This document shows, in pieces, positions 16,571-28,273 of a DNA stretch of 64,000 nt; positions within the stretch are counted from its first letter, which is position 1, and each line of letters opens with the position of its first letter. The position numbers and the translations under genes were made by a program. Source of the DNA: Octopus vulgaris (lineage: Eukaryota); contig OX597826.1 in assembly GCA_951406725.2 (NCBI GenBank), positions 80,848,001 to 80,912,000 of the forward strand, in the 5' to 3' direction. The notes under the pieces are model-generated. The model was given only the letters and a program-made list of their open reading frames with translations. It made no database searches and was not told the DNA's origin.

Positions 16571-16639
16571 GTGACCTCGTGTGTACAGTTGGCGAATTTT
16601 TCCTGTGTCTTCCCTTCTCTGGGCCTTTCCTTCTCCTAT

Positions 16640-16674
16640 GTTTCCGACGAAGAGTTCCGCTCGAAACGTTAAAC
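16640..16674 (+). ncRNA. Minimal hammerhead-like motif with a U4C core change, inside a (TA)n-flanked element (16571-16766)
   Basis: GUUU-CCGACGA-A-GAG-uuccg-CUC-GAAACGUU-AAAC: stem I GUUU/AAAC, stem II GAG/CUC, palindromic AACGUU stem III. Confidence 0.55.
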
Positions 16675-17643
16675 CCTCCTTCTTTCCTGAGCGTCCAATA
16701 ATACTATATTTGTTCCACGTCCTCGCGTTGTTGTGCTTTTTTTTGTGCTTTCTTGTTTGGATTAACTATATATATATATAAATGGGTAGAACAATTGCTT
16801 TCTTGCCAACAACATCATTTTGGATTCAATCCCACTGCGTCTTCTATAACTCGAGGCCAACGAAAGCCTTGCGCATGTTTAGCTCCTTGTGGGCATTAAA
16901 GAAAAAAGAAATAAGAATACCTAATGGTCCAATCCACCTCGAAATTTGACGGTTCGACACCGACAACAATCAATGAATTGAGGACACCACGCAGCCAGAA
17001 TACGCACAAGTACTGAATAGAATGTGGTTTAATGTTTGTGATTCCATTGTTTCATGTTATCAGCAGTGCCTGGGCCATCCGTGGTGAAACAGGCGTTCGT
17101 AAAAAATTAAATTCCGTCTGGTGATTTTATGAAATTTTCAAAAAGAAAAATGTGTTTTAATAAACACTAACTTTCTAATTATTCAACGTATGTGCATACA
17201 CACACACACGCACGCACGCACACGCACACAAACAAACAAACATACATACATACATACATACATACATACATACATACATACATACATACATACATACATA
17301 CATACATACATACATGATTGATACATCTTCACAGAGGATTGCTGTCGCTCTGAGCGTCCTGGTGCTCAATGGCATTGCTGACCTTCCGTATATGACCTCG
17401 CAGTCGACTGTTCAGTCCCGCTGCAGATCTGCATGATTTGAAGCCTAAATGACAGAGGAAAGTTATGACTTCCATACGACTGATCGGATCGCTTTGTGAG
17501 ACATGATCCATATGAATCGCCATTCTCTTTTCAGACCAGAAATCGACTATGAAGGCTTTTCGCACGCTACACACGTCGAATCACCCAGTCTAGGAGAAAA
17601 GAGTTACATATATCTTTCATGGGATTTCGGGTGGTTGATATAT

Positions 17644-18433
17644 TCATTCATTGTTCGACCTTGGTCAAGACTATAGAATTTACTATGTTACGCCAGACTT
17701 CACGGTCCATCATAGCATTACGGAGGTCCTGTTGCTGGGTGCCTGTATCCCTGGAGATTACATCAGGGTAGGAGAGTGTGCGCCCTCTGGTAACACGAGC
17801 AGATGGCTTCCAGAGGAGAAGAGTAGAAATTACCTCGTTTTCAGCTCTACAACAATGTCCAGCAAACTGGACACTTCTACCTTTCACAAGAGATAATACA
17901 GGTGGTAATTTCCCATATATTTGTACTTTGGTTGGAGGAATTTAATCTTTACACCTCCAACAATTATTTTATGAAACCAAAAGGACAATTTTGGACATTC
18001 GAGTATCCATCTGGTGACAGGACTCAAATTGACTACCTCAGTTTTCGAAATAAGTGGTGCAATAGTGTCAAAGACTCGAGATCCTACTCTTCCTTTAGTT
18101 CTGTTGGCTCTGACCACAGAATTGTATCAGCTACCGTTAAGCTTAGTCTTCGCTCATCCAAAAAAGCTAAGCCTCATCCGATGAAAACGATCGACTGGAA
18201 GGAAGTCTCGTCTAACCCCGATATGTCCAAGCAATTTACTATTGAGGTCTATAACAAATTTCAATCTTTGTCTACTTCTGAAATAGATGCCGAGAGCATT
18301 GAAGAAGTCTACAGCAGCCTCATCAAATCAACAGAGGAAGTTGCACTGGCTACTCTTTCCAAAAAGAAGAGTAGGGGCCAGAGCAAACCTTCTAATTCTT
18401 TCCAAATTTCATCAAAGCCAGAAACCATCTAAA
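17644..18433. mobile_element. RTE-like LINE insertion with 5' inversion, flanked by 11-bp TSD GGTTGATATAT
   Basis: Minus strand 17648-17887 is the ORF C-terminus (QFAGHCCRA...RGRTLSYPDVISRDTG...MMDREVWR) with a TGAA tail. Plus strand 17902-18432 is the endonuclease end (WTFEYPSGDRTQIDY...SVGSDHRIV). TSD at 17633-17643 and 18434-18444. Confidence 0.85.
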
Positions 18434-18559
18434 GGTTGATATATACCCAGCCTTGGAAAGGAGTACACAGCCACATGTTTTATACCTCCATTATTTTATG
18501 TTCTCATTGAAGCTCTGATGACAGTAACTCCGAAGCCAACGCTTTATGCTTTAGTACTC

Positions 18560-18900
18560 AAGGCGACCTTCTTCGTAAGTTCTACGACCTCTCCTTATAC
18601 GCTTCCTCCACTCAGCTCCTATCCAACCTTGTTCGTCCCAGTTCTTTGCATTGATTTGCAGTTTTTCTGGTTGTCATTTATACAGTCTTCGTACCTTTTT
18701 TTTTTTTGAGGTTTGTAGCGAGGACGTTTTCCAGTTCACAGCTCATCGTAGAACAGCTGCTTTGGAAACCTTTTGTTTTCACTACGCCATACGGACAGAG
18801 GCCCATCACATCTGAGCAGATATGATGAGTGACTGGATGCTTGTGCATCTTGCCTTTGCAAGGACTTCTGTGTCAGGTGTTTTATTGTGTCACTTATTTT
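18560..18900 (-). mobile_element. RTE-type LINE C-terminal fragment
   Basis: Minus-strand peptide RFPKQLFYDEL..GKRPR..P.K.RYEDC, typical of RTE C-termini. Confidence 0.6.
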
Positions 18901-19160
18901 TGAGGAGCGTGGAACCACTTCTTTACCACCTTAGTTTCCAGGTCTGCTCTAACCCAGAGTAATAGCATCTGTCAGGGTCCCAGCTCTGGCTTAACTAACA
19001 CACACACACCAGCCGAAATTGCGAGGATGATCCGGTTCTTGACTGAGGATAGGAAGCTTCGAATGACCCGTCCTTGTTTTTTTGTATCGTCTATCTGGAT
19101 GTTTTTGTGTCACCTAGTTGTCCCGATGTTTTGCGTTCTTGTCCCATTTTGTATTATATA

Positions 19161-19203
<43 letters not shown>

Positions 19204-19310
19204 TCGGGGTGAGTACTTGATAATTATAAGCACCTGTGTATACCGTTTGGTGGTGTAGGTGGTGGAGTAAATTGATCAAAATAAAATAAAAACATGATGC
19301 GAAGGATTCA

Positions 19311-19388
19311 GCGGTACATATGTTTCGGGCCTTTATTAGACAGATTTATAACAATGCATAATGTATGTCTGTGGCCTTCTTCAGCCGC
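19311..19388 (-). ncRNA. Type I minimal hammerhead ribozyme (Penelope-like type), core intact
   Basis: Minus strand reads GCGG-CUGAAGA-A-GGCC-ac-AGACA...UGUCU-aauaaa-GGCC-C-GAAA-CAUAUG-UA-CCGC. Stem I is GCGG/CCGC, stem II is GGCC/GGCC extended by AGACA/UGUCU, stem III has the palindrome ACAUAUGU, and the cleavage triplet is GUA. Confidence 0.75.
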
Positions 19389-19636
19389 GCACAACAGCTT
19401 CCGCAAGGACATGTGTTACATCAAAAATTCTTGGTTGGGGATGCAAATCCTCTCATCCACGTACGACATAATGCGGCAGCAGCATAGAATTGAAGCGTCC
19501 ATCTCTTTCTTCCCTCTGAGGGAAGAAAGAGATGGACGCTTCATTCTATGCTGCTGCCGCATATGTCGTATATAGAGGATTTGCATCCCAACCAAGAATT
19601 TTGATGTAACACATGTCCTTGCGGAAGCTGTTGTGC

Positions 19637-19712
19637 GCGGCGAAGAAGGCCACAGACATACATTATGCATTGTTATAAATCTGTCTAATAAAGGCCCGAA
19701 CATATGTACCGC
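19637..19712 (+). ncRNA. Mirror-image hammerhead copy with two core deletions (CGAAGA for CUGAAGA, GAAC for GAAAC)
   Basis: Right arm of the palindrome, with the same stems as the 19311-19388 copy. Confidence 0.55.
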
Positions 19713-19965
19713 TGAATCCTTCGCATCATGTTTTTATTATATATATATATATATATATAAATGAAAGAATGGAGTTAAACGACGAATTAACAAAATTCCT
19801 TTATTTTCGACATATGTTTCGAAGGCTGCATATTCCACAAATTTCCACACGAAAGCACGTGATCTCTGCCCTAGACATGTAGCTTCAACCGTGTTTTTCT
19901 GACGTGAATTTGCTACCCAGGTATCGGTTAACCGAATTATCCATAAGATAATTCATTCAACTACT

Positions 19966-19968
<3 letters not shown>

Positions 19969-20045
<77 letters not shown>
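19969..20045. repeat. (TA)n microsatellite
   Basis: Direct. Confidence 0.95.
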
Positions 20046-20053
<8 letters not shown>

Positions 20054-20492
20054 TCACACATATACACACATATACACACACATCTTCATCGTTTTACGTC
20101 TCCTTTCCCCGTTAGGGAGTCTTTGCGACCGAATCAGTTCTTATCCGGAATAAAAGTCTGCCAAAATGAGTCGGGGAAAAGGGCGTCGTCTTACTGTTAC
20201 GTTTTAACTTTGGCGTGCATGCTTTTCGAACTCTAAACATTTTACAGGCTGTAATGGGTGCGTTTTAACGTAGTACCACGACTGGAGATAATGTCGTGAC
20301 TTCGTCGGGAAAAGAGGAGGGTCTCACTGCTCTACGTCATCTCCGTTCATGCCAGGGAATGTGACTAACAGAGATGGTTAGGGGGGAAAATGGTGATTAT
20401 AAATGGACTTGTCTGTGAGAAATGCTGGATAGAGTGAATTAGGTCAGAGTGTGGAAGAAGAGGGAGAAAAGGAGAGAGCACTGAGAGTGTCT

Positions 20493-20544
<52 letters not shown>

Positions 20545-20547
<3 letters not shown>

Positions 20548-21720
20548 CGTGCAACACGAGCAATGTCCCAGATACGGAAGCAACACTGTTGAGAACCCCA
20601 CGTGAATTTTACTGAGTCCAGAGTTATTTTCTGATCCTGAAGACAAGAGCCAGCCTTTGAGATGTGGCTTTGGTTATGGGAAGAATATGCTGCTGCTTGA
20701 ACTGATATTTCGTGATAGTGAGACCCAATATGTGGAGCGAATAGGCAGCTTCTGTGTTGAGTGCTGCTCATATTTAAGAAGTGCATTTTGTTCGGTGATG
20801 TTTTTTGATAGAAGCAATGCTTCCTTTCATGTTTCCGTTGAAAACACAAAATTGGTATGGCTTCACTGGTGGATGCTTTTGAGATCTACGTTCGTAGAAT
20901 CAGTACAGATTTGGTGTGTGGCATGTAGATTACGGGTGGATTTAGCATGGTTCGATTTTTGAGAAAAATGAAGTGATATCTACTTAAGATTGGGCGTCGT
21001 TGGACTTGTTGCCAATTAGGACAGTGATGTACAAATGCAACAAAGAAGAGAACAAAACCGAACCCTGGGGCACACCAGAGTTGACAGAGTGTGGGACAGG
21101 AAGAATTCTGTCCGTAATAATTCGATCTGATAGGAAGCTACTGATCCACGAGATGTGTGTTGGATCGAAAGTTTCATTTGGAAATTTGCATGAAACACTC
21201 GTCGAAAGTTTTGCCGATGTCCAGAGCAACAACAATTGCTTTAATTGTTGGTGGATGACATCGGATCAGAGGTCTCCAGTGGATTTGAGTCTACGGAAGC
21301 TGCGCTTTTGTGGTCGTTAGAACGAACATGTGATTAGAATGCTACAGGAAAGAATCGCAAAGACGGAATCTTCAAGCCGAACCAAGCGACAGGAGACGTA
21401 GAAGGGGACAAGAACGAGATAGTTTGATAATACCAATGGTTTATGTTGGTCATGCATGGAAATCCACGCATGAAAATTTAATGACAGCTTCTGGTAGGAC
21501 CCTATGGAGGAGGTGCCTGAGGACACTACACCCATGACCTTACCAAGAAGAAGACGGATGGAGCGGCTGGGTGGAAGGTGGATGGAGTGAAAATAGAGGC
21601 AAGAAACTTTTAATGATCTGCTAGTTAATGGGTAATATGAAAGAGTTTGACAAGAAGGATTGCTGCGAGGAATGACAAAATTTAAGTTTTGGGCCTTAGT
21701 CTTTTGCTTAAGATGGATAA
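20545..21720 (-). mobile_element. Decayed CR1/Jockey-like LINE reverse-transcriptase fragment
   Basis: ISWISSFLSDR...SVNSGVPQGSVL motif plus a frameshifted LDISKAFD-like motif; many frameshifts. Confidence 0.7.
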
Positions 21721-21935
21721 AGAATGGAAAAGCTGCAATATTTGTTTGCTGGTTACAACGAAATCGACAGAAGCGATTCCTTTCTTCTTCGTTTTAGATG
21801 AAAGGCACCGAGTGAACTGTTGAATTCATTATTCCACTTGGCGAATGAATTTATCAAACCAAACTCCACGAACACTTCTATTATATTGATAAACTGACAA
21901 GCAGACATAGGGACTTTGATACATATACACTGAAT

Positions 21936-21936
<1 letters not shown>

Positions 21937-22013
<77 letters not shown>

Positions 22014-22037
22014 CTAGCTAGATAGATGGATGGATGG

Positions 22038-22121
<84 letters not shown>
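21937..22121. repeat. (GAAA)n + (GATA)n compound microsatellite
   Basis: Direct. Confidence 0.95.
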
Positions 22122-24399
22122 CAGTAATTATGTAGAGTAATAGATAAGACAGCTAAGCGAATTTATTTCTATTTCTTTAATTTATTCAATATTTATTAAT
22201 GTATTGTTCGATGATATAATGCATAAAACAGCAATAAAATGTGATGTTTTTTTTTTTTATATATATATAAAAAAGCGTTTCAGGACGTTGTCCGTGACAT
22301 TAGCTTGGACACCATCTCTGCGTGTAGTAGTAGCAGCAAAGAGCACTTTGAGGAGCGAAACATCAGAGTAGTGTCCCCTGCAATGCTTTGTAAAATGTTA
22401 ATATGTTGTCAGGTGATTTGCAGGTATGACTTCTTACAACCGTGAAATGATACAGAAATATCTTCTTAGCTTCACTGGTATTTATAGACACACCCTTTTT
22501 TTCTCCTCCCCCTTACTTTTCTTCTTCTTGTCAGATTTATTAAATTAACAGCTACAAAATTTTAATTAGACTAAGCCTTAATTTAAAGACTAACACATAA
22601 TCTTTTTTCCCCACCCTTGAAATTGTATTATGAATGGAAATTGTCGAGCTTCGTTTTTGCGATTACATAAAAGAAAGTAGCAAAAATCGTTGTTAGATTT
22701 TCAGCTTCATGTCTTCCCATTTAGCATTATGTTATTTTAATTTTGAAATATTTATAAATGATATATATGTAATATTATTTCTTGTTTCGTTTGGTTTTTT
22801 GTTGTTTTTCTTCTCCTTTTTCTTGTGTTGTTCCTTGTGAAAATCCTCCAACATCTAAACCCAACATCGGTGGTCAGGCACGTGACAAACTGTTCCTATG
22901 TTGTTGTACCTCGCAGCAGAACATCGGGTCGGGTTCGGCGGCGGCTCTCGATTTTGCATCCAGGTTTATGGTACAATAAAACAATAATAGTGACTTCTAA
23001 CAGAGGCACAAAGGTCTCGAGTCCGGGGGAGACGGGTTAGGGTTATAATCGTGTATATTGACTTCAAGGCATGATTTATACTCAATTTTCTTTTCTTTCT
23101 TTTGTTTTTTTTTATCGACTCCCAGAAGGATTAAAGTTGAAGTTATCTTCGACAGGATTTGAACTCAGAACGCAAAGGGCCGCAACTAAATGCTGTTAGG
23201 CATTTTGTTTGATATTCTAACGCATCTGACGATTCATTTCGATAATAATAATTATTATTATTAGCATTATTATTGTCATTATTATTATTATTTATAATTT
23301 AGGCACAAGGCCAGCAATCTTGAAGAGCAGGGCTAGTTAATTACATTGACCCTTAGTATTTGACAGGTACCTTTATTTTATCGACCTCGTAGGAATGAAA
23401 GGCAACACTGACTTCGGCAGAATTTGAGCTCAGAACGTAAAGAGCCGAAATTATTTTAATTCCAAAGCTCGGTCAATTCTGGCAATCCATATATATATAT
23501 ATATATATGGTTCCTAACATTGACACAAGGCTAGAAATTTAGGAAGAGGGAGCAGTCAGTTGTATCGATCCCAGTCAGTACTTCACTTGTACTTTATAAG
23601 ACTCCGAAAGGATGGAAGATGAAGTTGACCTCAATGGGATTTGAGCTCAAAAAGTGAAGCGGTTGAATAAATATCCAAAAGAATTTCATCCAACGCTCCA
23701 ACAACTCACCTAATCCACCCCCTTTTTGACTGACTTCCGAAGCTTCAGATTCTTATCTTTTCCGACATTCCCCAAGTTTATTCGCGATTGTAGTTTCCGA
23801 GAATCGAAACCGAGTTGCCGCCTCTGTTGACCGGGGACTTCTCTCTACAGTGTTTACCAGACTTTCTAATAATAATTATAATTCTAACTAGGGTTTTTTT
23901 TTTCCCCCTCGCTAATTTCCATTTCGCTTCTTATGAAATAAACTCTGCAAAAAATCCTAATATAAGGTACATTATGATTTCTTCAGCAGATTTTCCAGTT
24001 GAGGATTGGGGCTTGGCTGACCGAATTTAATTCTAAATATTACTGTTACGATAAGCTGTAATCGGCCAAGAAATCAATTTGCCCTCCCATACTGCCGTTT
24101 CAATACCAATTAATAATACCCACCCTCATCCCTGACAACCCCAAAATATATAAAACAAATATTTAGAAAATATTTTTTTAAACATTATTATCCATATGAA
24201 TAATATATTTTTGAAATTCTTGATAAACTTATAAATATATGCAAATGTTTTAATATTAAATAAATGAATCGCTCTTTAAATCGTGATATTATGAAGAGTA
24301 AAATTAGTAAAAAAGTTGATTGGAACGGATAGAATAATGCGAAGAATCCGTAAACTATTGGAAATGGTAGTTAAAGCAAGTTTAAAAAATGAATACTGG

Positions 24400-24700
24400 A
24401 GTTCGGGTTTCGGAATTCAGCGGTTCCGAGTCAAGTTTTGTAAAGAACCATTTTGGTACCGGAAGTCGCCATAACCCAGCTTGGTTGAATGTAAAACCGA
24501 ATGTAGTCTAGCGATTTTTTTTTTATTCTTCCATGTAGCTGGTCACCTCAGTCGTCTCTTCTGTAAGTACTTTGAATTCCTAGTTGCTTCAACTCTATTC
24601 CTAAACGCCATCTACGCCGATTCCGCCTGCGTACGGCCTTGTTTTCCTCGCCGCACTCGTCCTCGCAGAGAGACGAAGGGTTGGCCAAGAAACGAGTCCA
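24400..24700 (+). promoter_or_regulatory. Candidate CYFIP promoter / non-coding 5' exon
   Basis: Non-repetitive CpG-rich island after an AT-rich block. Contains an ETS motif ACCGGAAGT (24458-24466) overlapping a YY1-like CGCCAT, an Inr-like TCAGTC (24548) and a donor TCT|GTAAGT (24563). CpG depletion begins a few kb downstream. No transcript evidence is available. Confidence 0.5.
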
Positions 24701-25050
24701 AACCAAAAAGTCATTGTTTTATCAGCTTTCACTTTATCCTCTTCTCCCTTTTTAAGTAAATATTATGATTATTCCCATCGTTTCCCCGATTATTATTAGC
24801 CCAACTGTTAATATATCCATCCTTAATTCTGCCAACGAGTAAACCAACCATGAATGTGGTGTCTTCGGGAGTTGATCTTTCCTTTCACTCTGAGGATGAA
24901 AAGCTGAGTTTATGCTTTTACAAACAATTATTATAATCATCATCATTATTATTAATAACACTAATAATAATAATAAATCTTATCATACTATCTCCCCCAT
25001 AAAGCTTTAGCTTTCCACTAAACACACACACACACACACATATATATACC

Positions 25051-25086
<36 letters not shown>

Positions 25087-25562
25087 GATAGATAGATAGA
25101 TATAGATGTGTTATTGGTGAATTTGTCCCAAATCTGTGAAGCTTTTTTATTGCTAGTCACCGATTAAAATGTGAATTCCTCTTCAGCTGTTTATTTCTCT
25201 GTTCAGTGTGATGTGGACTGTTTAAGCCTAAGGTATTGTTGAAGGTGTGGTACATTCCACAGAGAAATGCTCTGATTATCTCAGTGTGTTTAGATAGATA
25301 GATAGAACGGGGTGTGTGTGTGTATATGTGTAGTTGATTGCTGAGAAAGTGTATATAAATATGATCCTTTGTAGAAGTGCAATGTATATAGAATAGTATT
25401 GACAATTGACAGTGACTTCGAAGTTTCGGCTAGCTAAGCTGTTGATATAGTTCTTGTCAAAGGATAATGAATTTAATAAATTTATACTCTACATTAAGTA
25501 TTGAGTAATCCTTCAGTTTAATGCAAAATTGTTTTTATTGTAACTTAACATTAAAACAATAC

Positions 25563-25639
<77 letters not shown>

Positions 25640-25865
25640 CACGCACTCTGCTATGGATTACATTATTTTTGTACACTTCTGTATGTAATGTTTATAATAT
25701 AAGAAAAAATTTGACTTCTCGAGTTTCGCCTATCGGCTGATCGCTCTCTGCCTCTCCTTCTCTCTCCATCTACACACACACACACACACACACAGTTAAT
25801 TAGTATTGTTTTGCATGCATATTATTTTACATATCTTTCTATTCCGATCACATATATACACACAT

Positions 25866-25900
<35 letters not shown>

Positions 25901-26289
25901 AGTTCTTTTATTGTAACGCACACACACACACACCCATCTGAATGCGCGATGCTCTCCTCATTCGAAAACGGTAGAATGCTGGCATCGCTTTAATAGGACT
26001 GTCGTAAAAATATTTCTTCGTTCCTCTCTACTTCTCACTTCCTTTCCGTAATTTCTGCTGCTGATTTATTTTGATTCCAAAAGTGGGTTAACTTGTCTAA
26101 ATGCAATATACACACACTCTCCTTTCTCTTCCTCTCTCTCTCTCTCTCTCTCTGCGCCCTTTATTTTCTCTATCGTCTCCATCCATCTGTCTATATAGTA
26201 TTTAACTCATCCCGCCTCTTTCTACTTTATATATATATATATATACATATATATACACACATATATCTATATATATGTATGTATGTATG

Positions 26290-26330
<41 letters not shown>

Positions 26331-26740
26331 TTCCGCGCACAATGTGGTATGAATTAGTTAACTTTGGCTGCAGATTTCTGCCTGCTCGCTCTAGTCTTCC
26401 ACATTTCACATTCCTTGCCATTGTTCATCTCGTCTTAATGCACGTAGGAAATGCTTGAACATCACAACTTGTGCTTTCACTTCTGCAGAAGCACTTTGAT
26501 GTGTGTGCGTGTGTGTGTGTGTAATATATATATATATATCTATATATAATGTTGAGTAAATCCGATATCATCCCGATTTCTGAAGATTCGAAGTTGTTTA
26601 GTCCCAAGTCAGCACTGATCGTGATCAAGCAGGCCCATGATCAAAGACATTCTAGCCATGCCATGCCATCTTATTCGGACTTAGTGTAGCCAATACTACA
26701 TTATTCAACGTGTCCGTTATTTTAGTGGAGGGTTTTGGAG

Positions 26741-26793
<53 letters not shown>

Positions 26794-28242
26794 AGATGGC
26801 TGGGATTTGGTTGCTATTTCTAGCATGTCGTGAAACTGCATAGAAGTCTCCGTTTGGGATGTTGTTCAGGCAGGCATTGTAGTGTGCTGAATTCACAAGA
26901 CCCGGTTTCGATTCCCAGCTGGCATAGTTTTACCCGTGTTTCTAATACTCCTAGAAAAGGCATAATCCTTTCGCTTTTATTATCTCTTCCTTATTTTAAA
27001 AGACTGTAGGAACTGTTTCTCAGTTTCCATTCTTGCTTAGATCATGTCATTTTGACTTAAAGCGCTCCTTTAAACTTTGTGGAATTCTTTTCCTTTTTTC
27101 TTCTTGAAATTATGGCTGTCACAACATCCTTTTAGTTTGCCTTGTAAATTCGAAGCTCTGTGGCTGTTTGAAAGAAATCGTTTCTGTTATTGATGGAACG
27201 ACTTTTGTCTATAAAATACCGTAAATGGATAGCTCGAGAAAGTCGGTTAATCAGACCAATGTGTTTCACTCTGCCTTATAAGAAAACTGTCCTGAAAAAT
27301 GCATTGTTTCTTGTCTAGAAAGATATTTTGGCAAAATAAATACACAAACACACCCTACTACTACTATCCGCACACACTTCCCCCCTTCTCCTCTCTCTCT
27401 CTCTCTTTGTGTGGCTGTCTCTTAGTCTATAAATCTTTGTCAGTCTCTGTACACACACACACTTTACAGTGTGGATGTATATGTTGTAATCAAGGCCCCA
27501 TTTTCGATACATTATAATCTGGCATCCAGTCTTCGACACTTCAGTTTTTGTGGGGTTTTTTTCCTTCTCTTTCAAAAATTGAAGAATTTCCTCTGACAGG
27601 CCTGACTCAAGTTATACTTGTTATTAGCACTAAACTATTCTTGTAGATTTTTTTTATGCCTTTCTCGCCCATATTTCTCTAATATTGAATTATTATTATT
27701 GTTATTATTATTATTATTATTATTATCATCATTATTATTCGATGTGTTCAGTTCCCCGGTTAGCCGAGATAACGGATCTGTTTCGCTTCTCGTCATTGTC
27801 GTAATAACTTGCTCCATTTACGTTACTGAATCTCCGTCGGAGAGGCATCTATGACACTACTGCCATTCCCATCCCGCTCCCCCCCCTCCACTTTTTCTTT
27901 AGAACATCGGACTGTAAGCTTTGCTTCTTAAGACATTGATTGTTAACCATCGTCTTTCGTCACCTTTACTACTACTACTACTACTACTACTAGTGTGAAA
28001 TATTCAGCAATATCAAATAGAAGACACTGAATATGAATATACCTATGCCGTGTGTGTGTGTGTGTGTGTGTGTGTGTAGTCACAGCAGCTCTGTGGTTCT
28101 CAGAGTTTCCTAGTTCTGTTTGTGTGTATAGCTTATTAACAGACATGTTTGGGAGTGTGTGTGTGCTTTGTGATGGGTGTTGTCTGCATATGTAAGAGTG
28201 TCAAGTCGCCAGATGTGTGTGTGTGTGTGTACACACATACTT

Positions 28243-28273
<31 letters not shown>

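Larger units (their letters stand above)
19285..19738. repeat. Near-perfect ~450-bp palindrome (arms 19285-19516 and 19518-19738, 1-nt centre at 19517)
   Basis: ...ATCTCTTTCTTCCCTC-T-GAGGGAAGAAAGAGAT...; the arms differ mainly by single-base deletions in the right arm. It sits between (TA)n tracts. Confidence 0.95.

Noticed and set aside
18511-18540. CTGATGA...CGAAG motif (also CTGATGA at about 635 and 61347)
   Set aside because: No GAAA core or paired stems.
19805-19830. Minus-strand GAAACATATGTC hammerhead 3' half
   Set aside because: No matching CUGANGA half nearby; at most a truncated relative of the 19.3-kb element.
23700-23720. Perfect minus-strand donor AG|GTGAGT suggesting a divergent gene
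   Set aside because: It lies in the decayed end of a SINE, and no minus-strand coding exons were found downstream.
26861-26930. tRNA-like GGTTTCGATTCCC segment, and the tRNA-like heads at about 470, 3030 and 28820
   Set aside because: No complete cloverleaf; these are SINE heads or decayed fragments, not tRNA genes.
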